From positions 384,001 to 448,000 of the forward strand of contig CAVSHR010000004.1 of NCBI GenBank assembly GCA_963727625.1: a stretch of 64,000 nucleotides of DNA, read 5' to 3'. This stretch comes from an uncultured delta proteobacterium (lineage in GTDB: Bacteria > Desulfobacterota > Binatia > UBA9968). Below the pieces are notes generated by a model. The model saw nothing but the letters and a program-made list of their open reading frames with translations, did no database searches and was not told the origin of the DNA. The stretch's first letter is position 1. The number at the start of each line of letters is the position of its first letter. The position numbers were made by a program, and so were the translations under genes. Below are positions 28,758 to 37,987 of this stretch, piece after piece.

Positions 28758-29663
28758 CTACCGAGCATGCAGCTGCCATTGCAATTGATAGAACCGATAC
28801 TTCGTCGCGTACGGGCGCAGCCTAACAGCCTGTTGAATCGCGCGCCGCGCATCATCGTATTGGCCCCGCTTCCAACGTCCTTTTGCCAGACGATAATAAC
28901 GATAAGCTAAACGGCGCGCTATGTTTGATTGCCCCAATATGTTTCGTGCGATCGGATGATCGTTGAGTAATTTGTGAATGACGCGAATGTTTTCGGTCAA
29001 TCTGAGCTCCTCATTTTTGCCGATGTTACCCTCGTGTTTCCGATAAAAGAAAACCACGTCGTCAATGTAAACCACGGGCGAGTTCATAAACAGCCGCAGG
29101 GAAAGATCGAGATCCATGCAAATCCGCAGCGACTCGTCATGACGACCGACGGCATCGTAGACCGTTCTGGAAATCAAGCTGGCCTGCAACCGGACGATGC
29201 TTTTTTCAAAGATGTCTTTGAGACCTACTCCACCAGCGGCTAAACGGCTCGACTTATGCTCCGGTATAATCGTTTCACGACTGTGTTCCGGACCATCCAA
29301 GTATTTACCGTTGGCGAACACCATGCCGATATCAGGATGCATGGTTACGTATTTGAACAGAACCTCCAGATGGTTCGGCGCGCAAAGATCATCCGAATCC
29401 TGGATCGATATCCATGGCGCCCGCGCATGCCGCACGCCAAGATTGCGCGCGGCGGAAGGCCCGCTGTTCTCCTGACGCAAATAACGCAGCTGCGCGCCAT
29501 ACCCCTTTAGCATTTCTTGCGTGTCATCGGTCGATCCGTCGTCGACGACGATCAGTTCGAAATTCTTGAAATTTTGATTAAAAATGCTCTCGATCGTTTC
29601 GCTCAGCAAAGCGGCCCGATTGTAAGTCGCGATGATCACAGATACGGCAGGATTATTGCGCAT
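28758..29663 (-). CDS. GT2-family glycosyltransferase with a TPR-like C-terminus
   Basis: VSVIIATYNR, VVDDGSTD, GPSAARNLG, QDSDD; C-terminal YYRLAK...ARRAIQQAVRLRP. Confidence 0.88.
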   Translation of the reverse strand: MRNNPAVSVIIATYNRAALLSETIESIFNQNFKNFELIVVDDGSTDDTQEMLKGYGAQLRYLRQENSGPSAARNLGVRHARAPWISIQDSDDLCAPNHLEVLFKYVTMHPDIGMVFANGKYLDGPEHSRETIIPEHKSSRLAAGGVGLKDIFEKSIVRLQASLISRTVYDAVGRHDESLRICMDLDLSLRLFMNSPVVYIDDVVFFYRKHEGNIGKNEELRLTENIRVIHKLLNDHPIARNILGQSNIARRLAYRYYRLAKGRWKRGQYDDARRAIQQAVRLRPYATKYRFYQLQWQLHAR

Positions 29664-29674
29664 GGAACGTAAGG

Positions 29675-30607
29675 CTAGATCCCATACCAAGGCCCGGCAG
29701 CGACGCGCGGAGAAAATTTGCCCATGAGATACCCCCAAGACTTCAATATCCGGCCCTCGCTCTTGTAAGCCTTTTGCGTGAGACGGAAAAGACGGTAAAC
29801 GCCGTACCGGCAACAGTTGGCGATCAAATTTGGAAGAACCTTGAAAAGAAGCGAATCGCGCCGGTAAATACTCCGGCTTAATCCTTTGCGATATTGCACT
29901 GAGCGATGATAGGCCCGGCCATAACGGTCGGGATTGAGCTCGTGATAGACGATCGCATGAGGGGTATAGCCGATCTTGAACCCAGCTTTGCGTATACGAA
30001 TAGAGAATTCCGTATCCTCGCTGAAACCAGAAGCCCCCGGTCCCAGCCGTGCGTCAAACCTTCCAACCTTTTCCAAGACATGGCGCTGGAACGACATATT
30101 GGTTCCGGTTAAACCCCGTATCTCGAGGATTTCGGAGCCGTAGTCAATGTGTGGGATGTTGTACTCGCGCAAACGGAGCGGGTCGGCACTCCTTCCGTGG
30201 CGGTCTTTACCCGGCAAGACTTTCCCTTGAAACGCCGAAAACTCGCCTTGCTCGTAGGCCTGCAGATGCTTCACCAAGCACAGTGGGTCTACGAAAACAT
30301 CGTCATCGACAATCATTAGAACGTCGCCGCGAGCCATACTGAGACCCCGGTTTACTGCATTCGACTTGCCGGATAGCTTCTCCTCCACTACTACCAGTCG
30401 ATGGCCCCTGGACAGCGCCATTTCCCGGGCCAGAAGCTCCTTGGTGCGATCCGTGGAGCCATTATTGACTACAACAATCTCGATTTCTGTCCCGTTTAAA
30501 CTCTCACTATTCTTGAGGCTATCGAGCAGTGATTTTAAACTTGCAGCCCGGTTCCGCGTGGGGATGATGACGCTGACGCGCTTGGTCACGAATGCCTCAC
30601 TGAGCAA
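29675..30607 (-). CDS. GT2-family glycosyltransferase
   Basis: VSVIIPTRNR, VNNGSTD, VDDD, GTNMSF, SEDTEF; start may be the GTG near 30589. Confidence 0.88.
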   Translation of the reverse strand: MLSEAFVTKRVSVIIPTRNRAASLKSLLDSLKNSESLNGTEIEIVVVNNGSTDRTKELLAREMALSRGHRLVVVEEKLSGKSNAVNRGLSMARGDVLMIVDDDVFVDPLCLVKHLQAYEQGEFSAFQGKVLPGKDRHGRSADPLRLREYNIPHIDYGSEILEIRGLTGTNMSFQRHVLEKVGRFDARLGPGASGFSEDTEFSIRIRKAGFKIGYTPHAIVYHELNPDRYGRAYHRSVQYRKGLSRSIYRRDSLLFKVLPNLIANCCRYGVYRLFRLTQKAYKSEGRILKSWGYLMGKFSPRVAAGPWYGI

Positions 30608-31370
30608 TTGAATCCAAATACTTGCGCTCGTTTTCGATCTTGATCTTTGGAAACCACTCGCCTAAAACCCTATTCGAACGGACATCGGATCCTCTCATCC
30701 TACCCGGTGTATTGCCCCAGACACTAAGACCAAAACCGCAAATTGCACATCCGCTGAATTTCATGCCTACTTAATTCCAGACCGAGAATCGCGATACAAT
30801 CAAAAAAACCGGACCCCTTGCTTCTGCTGTAATCCTAATAGACTCATTTTCACTAATTAAGTTCATGGCACCCTCTCCAACGGGCAAGCTTTTGCGAACA
30901 GCACAATCAAAGAAAACCGCGGGCACACCGAGCTAATTTTCTCACCCGACCGTCCCGAAAGCATGCAGCTTCATTTGCTTTCAAATTCAGGGGCTCCCGA
31001 TAAAAACTTATTTCCGCCAAAAAACAGCAGAGAATTTCCCCAATCCATGCAAAAAGTCAATATCAACAGTACCGGCCGTAATTGTGGCCATTTTATTGGC
31101 TAGCGATCGAACCTGTGCTGGACCAGAGTTTGAAAATTACGGAGTTATTCTCGTCAAAGATAGGGTCTATTTGAATGGTAAAATCGTACGCAAGTTTCGC
31201 GGCCAAGTACGATATTTGTCGGAACCCTAAAGGCGGCAGGTTTCGGCGCGAATTCTAAAACTCTACCAAGGGTGAAACACTTGAGAGGCCTAAATTGCAC
31301 TACTTCAACCATTAACGAGGGCATTTTCAACGATGAAATAATGTCGGATCAGGGTTAACTTTTACATTTC

Positions 31371-31644
31371 GTTGGGCAGCAGAATCGGGTGATATTGATG
31401 GCCGGGATGAAGCATGACGACGAAGTCGGCGCCGCCTTGAGCGCTTTTGTGTAACAGGTTTTTTAGATTGTCGCCGTAGCTGTAATTGAGCGCGTGCACG
31501 AAGAACTCGACATTGAGCCCTTTGGCGACCCCAATGTCTTATCCCGGCTGGCGTTATCCACCCAAATCACATGATCGACGTCATGTTTGGGGACCGCGCA
31601 GCTAAGACAACGACAATCTTGAGGTGGTCGTCGCTATCTGACAT
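31371..31644 (-). pseudogene. Relic of a DPM1-like GT2 glycosyltransferase
   Basis: Hand translation: MSDSDDHLKIVVVLAA / VPKHDVDHVIWVDNASRDKTLGVAKGL...HALNYSYGDNL / KTCYTKALK / GADFVVMLHPGHQYHP, with a deletion, frameshifts and truncation. Confidence 0.7.
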
Positions 31645-31653
31645 CACTCAACT

Positions 31654-33105
31654 CTAACCCAATTTATACAATAATAGCCGATCCTTCCCTGTTCCGGTAA
31701 ACACTTTTTCCAATCTCAGACCGTATCGCTCGGGCTTGGTCACAATATCCGGGAAAGAATTTTGTAGGGCTTTCGCCTCCGCGGCCAAATAGGCGGGTGC
31801 CTCCGTGCGCAGTTTTGCCGCCAATTCGGAGCGCTTAACGTGGGTCAACGAGACCTTCTTGGCGCCGGCATAGAAAGTAATCCGCCCATCGAGCACGGCA
31901 ACTTTCAGGTCGTCGTTCCGGTTGAGCGTCTTTAAATAGAGACCGGCATCGCGAACATACGCTTTCTCTTGAGATACCGATTTCAAGGTTTTCGGCAGCG
32001 TCCCACCGAGAAACATCAATGCCACACACAGGGCAATGATACGCGCCCTCCTGAGCGTGTAACGAGTATGCAGCCAGTCCCAAAACCACCACATACCCCA
32101 TGCGACCCAACCTAGAGAAATGGGAACCGCCTGCAGAGCGTATCGCCGTTTGACATAAACCAACGCGAAACCAAATACATAAAATGCCACAAAGCCAACT
32201 AGTAGCGTTTCTTGCCTATCGCCAAATCGGGCGCGGAACAACGAGAACAATCCGATCAACAAAAACGGCAGGTAAGAATAATGTAAGGCCTCCAAGTAAA
32301 CCCAGACCGCAGGCAAAACATCAGAAGCAACTTTTTTGATATACACCACCGGATGCTGGTCGACCGTCAGAAGGAACCCCGCTTTTCGACTCAGCGCTCC
32401 CCAATGCCCGGCATCGATACTCAAGTACACGATATATGGCAAAGCGAACAAGCAAAACCCCATGCAGAGTGCAACCACAGCGCGCGCGACGGAAGCAAAG
32501 TCGTAGTCTTTCCAGACGGTCCAGCGGGCGGCAAGCATTCCTGGAATCAACGCCAAAAAGCCGATCGCCTCGGGCCGTACCAAATACGCATAACCGGCCA
32601 CCAAACCGCCGGAAAAATAGCACGTCAATCGGTGCTCCTGAATCGCCCTCAAAAACAGATAAATCGCCGTAGTCGACAGGAACAGATACAAACTTTCCGT
32701 TCGCACATGAACTGAATAAAGCACTAGGTAAGGACTGATTGCGGCCAGAAAGCCGACGAGCAGTGCCACCCTTTCATCGAAGACTTTGCGAAATATGCCG
32801 TACAGCGGCAGCAATAATAGAACACCGAACAAAAGCGATAGAATCTGCCCTGTAAGCTCCCAGTCGTGGATCAGAGGATAAACCACGGCTATCAACGCTG
32901 GATATCCCGGCGGATAATACGAGGCGAGCCCAGACTGAATATCGCCGTTATAAAAATTCTCGGCCGCTCGTAAATATCTTACCCCGTCGGAATTGATACA
33001 GTAATAACGTGCTAAGACAAACAACCTGACGGCTGCTGCCGCCAGTAGAGCGAGCGCGAATATCCGGCCGGCTTTCTCGCGCAAATGGTTTGAGTCATCC
33101 ATCAT
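31654..33105 (-). CDS. GT-C superfamily (ArnT/PMT_2-like) multi-pass membrane glycosyltransferase
   Basis: SDG..Y...A, YPPGYP, RTESLY, YLVRPE motifs, many TM segments, soluble C-terminal domain. Confidence 0.75.
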   Translation of the reverse strand: MMDDSNHLREKAGRIFALALLAAAAVRLFVLARYYCINSDGVRYLRAAENFYNGDIQSGLASYYPPGYPALIAVVYPLIHDWELTGQILSLLFGVLLLLPLYGIFRKVFDERVALLVGFLAAISPYLVLYSVHVRTESLYLFLSTTAIYLFLRAIQEHRLTCYFSGGLVAGYAYLVRPEAIGFLALIPGMLAARWTVWKDYDFASVARAVVALCMGFCLFALPYIVYLSIDAGHWGALSRKAGFLLTVDQHPVVYIKKVASDVLPAVWVYLEALHYSYLPFLLIGLFSLFRARFGDRQETLLVGFVAFYVFGFALVYVKRRYALQAVPISLGWVAWGMWWFWDWLHTRYTLRRARIIALCVALMFLGGTLPKTLKSVSQEKAYVRDAGLYLKTLNRNDDLKVAVLDGRITFYAGAKKVSLTHVKRSELAAKLRTEAPAYLAAEAKALQNSFPDIVTKPERYGLRLEKVFTGTGKDRLLLYKLG

Positions 33106-33976
33106 TTGAGCCGATTGAAAAAACCGTTTCCGCGCCTTTTTGAGCTTTGGTCCGGTCGACCTGCCGAGCGTGGCGCAGCACACCGATAATCCACGCCCGT
33201 TTGCGCCCACGGTCTAGGAACGAAGCACCCAAGTAACCCTCTAGAAAAGACAACTGTTGAGGCCTCGAAAGATATTTTCCCAAGGTGCGATATAACTGAA
33301 CCAGGTTTTTAACCCGGCGCCTCTTGGTCAAATGATTGCTACGCCGAACACCCTCGAGATCGAGGAGATAGAGCACACAGTCGGCGTCGCTACCCTGACT
33401 GACAGCGAGAATATTGGCGTCTTTCAGATCGTCATGGTAGATCCGCTCGGTGTGAAGCAAGCGAAATAACTCAGCCAATCGTTGGATAAACTGACGCCGG
33501 CATCGAAAACCATCGGGCCCCGCCCTGCCCTGTAGATTTTCAACCCAATAAGTATCGGCGGTTTTGCCTCCGGCGATTTCGTCGGAAATGAAAAAACTGT
33601 TTAGCAGGATACCGTACTTGCGTTTTTCTACCCCGGCCACTGGTCTAGCCGCCGCGATGCGTGCCCGTTGAAGAATCGCGGCGCCTTTGAGCGCGCGGAG
33701 CGCGCCGGATTGAAAAAACGGCGACAAGAACTTAAATCGTAGTGAAAATGAATTGTACCGCTTCACGTACAAGAAGCGCTCCCTGCCGGCAATGCTCAGC
33801 TTGAGCCATGCCACCTTGATCTTCCTCTGATCTTTGACAATTCGACAGGTCGGATTCTTGAATAAACCGTCGGCATCGGTGAGCACGTCGAGAAAATCCT
33901 TGTCGGCAACGTCGCGGTCAACCCATAGAGCGAAGCCGCCCTGCTGGCGCAAGACAAAGTTAGGAGGCAGGACCAT
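33095..33976 (-). CDS. LPS kinase family protein (Kdo/WaaP/InaA)
   Basis: YVKRY, LHTERIYHDDLKDANIL, LLDLEG, RVKNLVQL. Start taken at MVLPP. Confidence 0.82.
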   Translation of the reverse strand: MVLPPNFVLRQQGGFALWVDRDVADKDFLDVLTDADGLFKNPTCRIVKDQRKIKVAWLKLSIAGRERFLYVKRYNSFSLRFKFLSPFFQSGALRALKGAAILQRARIAAARPVAGVEKRKYGILLNSFFISDEIAGGKTADTYWVENLQGRAGPDGFRCRRQFIQRLAELFRLLHTERIYHDDLKDANILAVSQGSDADCVLYLLDLEGVRRSNHLTKRRRVKNLVQLYRTLGKYLSRPQQLSFLEGYLGASFLDRGRKRAWIIGVLRHARQVDRTKAQKGAETVFSIGSNDG

Positions 33977-35114
33977 GCGCGACTCGACAGCTTTGACCGA
34001 GTATGGCATCGAGCTTGGTAAAGTGATGTTTCCACGAATGCTCCTCGCCAAGCTTGCGGGCCGCCTCAGACCAAGTCGGATCCGCCGATTTGCCCAGAAG
34101 CAAGATCAGCTTTGCTTCCAGCTCCGCGGGGTCGTCAGCCCGCTCGATGACACCGAGCGCCAACGGGCCCTGAAGGACTTCAGCCGCGCCGACCTCACGG
34201 CTCACTAACACGGGTAATCCGGACGCCAGCGCCTCGAGCACGACGTTGCCAAAGGCCTCTTGGAGCGCCGGCAACGCTACCAAGTCCGCAGCAGCATAGT
34301 AGTTCTCGACATCTTCTTGACGTCCGGCGAGGATTATTCTCCCCGGGGCAACAGCTTCACCCCAGGCCTGATAGCGATCGAGCCTGGCGTCGGCACCGAC
34401 TACCAAAAGGAAAACTCGCTCCAACCCCGGTGACTTCCATACAGAGAGAAGCCGGTCCAGGCCCTTGCGTCGAAAGCCGCTGCCGATGAACAAAACCAGT
34501 GGCGCATCAAAGGGGATATTCCAGCGATTTCTCACCTGATCGCGCGCTTGACTGCGTCGGGCCGGATGAAAGCGGCGACTGTCGACACCGTTATACAGAA
34601 CGTGAATTTTATCCCGCGGCACTCCATAATGCTCGGCAATGTCCCGTTTCACCTCGGCCGAAACCGCGATGATGATTCGACAGCCCGTCTTTCCGAACTG
34701 CCGCTTTTCCAGGGCCAGCACGCTCCGATGATAAATACTGAGTCGTTGCCAAAGACGGCGTCGCCAGCCGCCTTCCCTGCCCAAACGTTCGAGAAAGCCG
34801 CGATGGGTACCGCCGCCGCTGCGCAGCACGTCCTGGCGCAATAGCCGGCCGAAACTTACCACCACATCGCACGCCGGCGCTTTACAAATCACCCGAGGGG
34901 CGAACCATGCGAAACTCCATAGGCGCAATGTCCTGCCAAGCGGCACGACCGGTACCGTGTGAACGAAGACATGTTCGGGCGGCTCGACGGCAAACTCGCT
35001 GCAAAAGAGGTGCACCTCGTGGCCTGAATCTCGCAACCCCACGGCGGTTTGAAACAAGTCCCTTTCGGTGCCACCGCTTAGGTCGAGCCGTTTATGGACG
35101 AGCGCCACTTTCAT
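33960..35114 (-). CDS. GT4 glycosyltransferase (WaaG/RfaG-like)
   Basis: GGTER, GGGTH, GSGFRRKG, EAFGNVVLEALASGLPV. Confidence 0.88.
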   Translation of the reverse strand: MKVALVHKRLDLSGGTERDLFQTAVGLRDSGHEVHLFCSEFAVEPPEHVFVHTVPVVPLGRTLRLWSFAWFAPRVICKAPACDVVVSFGRLLRQDVLRSGGGTHRGFLERLGREGGWRRRLWQRLSIYHRSVLALEKRQFGKTGCRIIIAVSAEVKRDIAEHYGVPRDKIHVLYNGVDSRRFHPARRSQARDQVRNRWNIPFDAPLVLFIGSGFRRKGLDRLLSVWKSPGLERVFLLVVGADARLDRYQAWGEAVAPGRIILAGRQEDVENYYAAADLVALPALQEAFGNVVLEALASGLPVLVSREVGAAEVLQGPLALGVIERADDPAELEAKLILLLGKSADPTWSEAARKLGEEHSWKHHFTKLDAILGQSCRVAHGPAS

Positions 35115-35329
35115 GCCATGATCCCATGCTGGCTACCATGACCCATGACGCTGGAAGCAGTATCGAGGATGAATAAACTCAGAACCGCTCCAAGGGGAGA
35201 TGGCCGACGTACGGCGTTATGCTCACTGGGCTCTTTTTGGATCAAATATCAAACCTATTGATGTTTGCATAATATTGTGAGGCGTTGAAACAGTTTTTCA
35301 CCTGCACATATCGCCCGCATTTGAGTCTC

Positions 35330-35700
35330 TATAATTCGCAAAGCTTAATAATGCCGTATCCTAACCCACGATTATACGAAAGATCGGACCGCAATGCCGT
35401 CGCTCCGTGGTAGAACCGGGACAAACCGAATGGAAGGTAGAGGCCGATGGAATCCGAAAAGGAAAACGTACTGCCTCGGGCTTGCTGGACGCCAAATTGG
35501 CCACCAGCGAGGTCCGGGCTCGCTTTGATCAATGTAGCGAACGCGCGATTAATTCAGTGAGCGCAAGCCAGCGCGATAGCCGCCGCCGATCAGCTCAAAA
35601 TCTTTGCAGTCCTGATCCAGCCAGTTATCGAGAGTTTGAGACAGGAATCGCGCGTGATTGTAAACGGCGGTGACAACGAATAGATCGCAGATCTTGGCAT
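35330..35700 (-). pseudogene. Relic of a GT2 glycosyltransferase
   Basis: Hand translation: LFVVTAVYNHARFLSQTLDNWLDQDCKDFELI / RVRYIDQSEPGP / GVQQARGSTFSFSDSIGLYLP; collinear with the GT2 N-terminal fold but frameshifted, and the DDGS/DxD motifs are degraded. Confidence 0.65.
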
Positions 35701-35799
35701 GATGTTAAAGTATCTAGCTCCGCCTGGCCACGCCTAATTATCCGACTAGGGTGCTAGATTTTTCACGATACGGCCTTCGATATTGTAGGACTCTCGTAT

Positions 35800-36585
35800 T
35801 TACGCCAGCAGGCAGTAAAGGCCGAAGCAGAAACAGCTACTCACGAGGTTGGCCAAAACCCGTAGTGAAATCGAGTCTTTTACCGGATCAGATTCGCTGA
35901 GTTTTAACAGCTCCTGGTACTGCCGCACGGTCGCCGGAAATCGCTCCGCCAGTTGGAAATCGATTTGTTCCTTCTTCGCGCGATCAACCTTTTCTACGTT
36001 CATCCCTTCTTCCGGATACCAGGGATTGTACACCGGCCCATCCAACATTCGATCCTGATATTCCACGCCAAGAAATGCCGCGACCCGTTTCATAGTATTC
36101 TCGGGGTGTAAGACCAGTTCTTCAAAAGAAACGATCAGAAACTGCTCTGGATAGCGTGTCTTGAGCTCGTGCAAGATTTCAATGGCACGGCACCATCGGT
36201 AGGCCGCGCCGCGAAAGCTCTTGCGGCCCCGGCGCATGCCTGAGGAAATGACATCGTTGCCGCCGCGAATGAGGCCGATTACTTGGCTTTGCGGAAGGTT
36301 CAGATAGTCCTCGATGGAATACACGGATTTTTGATACTCTCGCGTCAACCCGATTTTCTTCCAAAGACGTAAATGTAGAGGATGCCGGCGTTTGATTTCG
36401 ATTTGATTCGGAATGCACCGCTTGTTACCCACGATGGCAACACCGAGCAAGCGTCGCATCGCCACGCCCTTATCTTCATTGAGGATTCCGATTTCCGTAT
36501 GCCGGCCGATCATGGTCGCAAGCAAAGTGGTCCCCGAACGGGGAGCGCCGATGATGAGCAGATGACGTCTATTCAACAAGAGCAA
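35800..36585 (-). CDS. Sulfotransferase family protein
   Basis: 5'-PSB loop IIGAPRSGTTLL...H, 3'-PB-like IRGGNDVISS, VSFEELV..P..TMKRVAAFLG. Confidence 0.85.
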   Translation of the reverse strand: MLLLNRRHLLIIGAPRSGTTLLATMIGRHTEIGILNEDKGVAMRRLLGVAIVGNKRCIPNQIEIKRRHPLHLRLWKKIGLTREYQKSVYSIEDYLNLPQSQVIGLIRGGNDVISSGMRRGRKSFRGAAYRWCRAIEILHELKTRYPEQFLIVSFEELVLHPENTMKRVAAFLGVEYQDRMLDGPVYNPWYPEEGMNVEKVDRAKKEQIDFQLAERFPATVRQYQELLKLSESDPVKDSISLRVLANLVSSCFCFGLYCLLA

Positions 36586-36658
36586 TATCCTTTCTTAAAA
36601 TCGGGATATCTCAAAGTCGGAAGATTCACGTGAAGGGACAATCAATTGTTACGTTGAA

Positions 36659-36859
36659 ATGGATTACGTCCAAGTTTTTTTATATACCTTACTCGTTATT
36701 TTGTTTGCAACGATGGGCAACCAGCCAACGACACGGCGATCTCTTGCGTCGCCACGGCCAGTGAGTCGTATGATCCCGCTCGACCCGGCTCCGCGCCCCG
36801 ACCATCTTTCGCGCGTGAATGAACCCGAATTGCTAATTTGGAAAATCAGGAGGCGGTGA
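36659..36859 (+). CDS. Possible small membrane-anchored hypothetical protein
   Basis: 66 aa ORF with a hydrophobic N-terminus, divergent from the sulfotransferase; no recognisable family. Confidence 0.3.
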   Translation: MDYVQVFLYTLLVILFATMGNQPTTRRSLASPRPVSRMIPLDPAPRPDHLSRVNEPELLIWKIRRR

Positions 36860-37093
36860 TCATAAATCTTCAACCCTACACCAGAACCACCCGCTAGTTT
36901 CTCTTCCTCAGCCAGGCGTCAAGAAAGCCATGGTCTGCGGCGCCCTCCAATCTGTGGCAACCACCTCAGAAGTTATTCGCTCAGGGTTCCGCCGTGTGAC
37001 CGCCACCGAAGCTCAAATCCAGTATGAATTTTCCTGCGCCCTTCTCCGACAACCACGCCTCCGAGACCCCATCCTTGATCCACGAATTGGGCA

Positions 37094-37987
37094 TTATCCG
37101 GCTCTCTCAAGAGACTTTTTTGCTGATGGTAAATTGTTTGACCAACGCATAATTCTTCTGAAATCTCCCGCCGGGGAAATGCCATCACACTCTTTGCGTC
37201 GCTGGCGGGTCTTTCGTTCGAACCAGAGCGCAAGCCTGCGATCGCTCGCGGTAAACCCTTTATGTTGCAGGTAAACACAAAAAAAACGCATGCGGTCCTG
37301 CAAGGTAATTCCGGGCAGAGGCAGACGATTCAATTGAATCAGGTTGCGCTTCCAAAGCGATTGCGGAAACCAGCGCGGATAGCGCCGGGTCCGGTCGTTG
37401 TCCATAAAAACGAAAATTAGATTGTGCTCATCTCGCCGATTGACGAAAACATTCGTCGCCACCAGGTCACCGTGAACAAAGCCGCTTTCATGAAAACGCC
37501 GGATCGTAGCGGCGAGCTGACGCAGGCCGGCGCGTTTCGCCCTTAATTCTTCAATACTAAGACCGTGCTCAGCTAAATCGCGAAGAAAAGCCGGCACGCC
37601 CTTCCCCTCAACCTTTTGACTGACGATGAACCCCCGGCGAAAGCCGCCGAAGCGCCGCTGCTCGCCAGCCGCTACGGTTAGTGGCACATTAAATCCGGCT
37701 TCGGACAACGCCACTCCCTGGCGCCAAGCCTGCAAAGCCTTGGAGCATCTAAACCAATTTTTCCATGCCGCGCTACCCTTGATTGGGTGAAAAATTTTAA
37801 GGAATAAATCGAGATTGCTCCCGCCCATTGAAGACGGAACGGAGAGCGTTTGCGGATGTTTTGCCCAAGGCTGCTGATTGACCAGCGCCGTGACTCGCTT
37901 TTGCAACTCGTCGTTCCAGGCGCCAGGGTGGACCACCAGTCGCCATTCTCCCAACTCCAACCACCTATATTCAGTCTCGGCGTGCAT
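37094..37987 (-). CDS. LPS kinase family protein (Kdo/WaaP/InaA)
   Basis: FLKIF, FHESGFVHGDLVATNVF, FMDNDRT, RNLIQLNR, DRMRF. Confidence 0.82.
   Translation of the reverse strand: MHAETEYRWLELGEWRLVVHPGAWNDELQKRVTALVNQQPWAKHPQTLSVPSSMGGSNLDLFLKIFHPIKGSAAWKNWFRCSKALQAWRQGVALSEAGFNVPLTVAAGEQRRFGGFRRGFIVSQKVEGKGVPAFLRDLAEHGLSIEELRAKRAGLRQLAATIRRFHESGFVHGDLVATNVFVNRRDEHNLIFVFMDNDRTRRYPRWFPQSLWKRNLIQLNRLPLPGITLQDRMRFFCVYLQHKGFTASDRRLALWFERKTRQRRKECDGISPAGDFRRIMRWSNNLPSAKKSLERAG

Noticed and set aside
35112-35156. Short imperfect CCATGA repeats upstream of the WaaG-like gene
   Set aside because: Irregular and short, with no supportable function.
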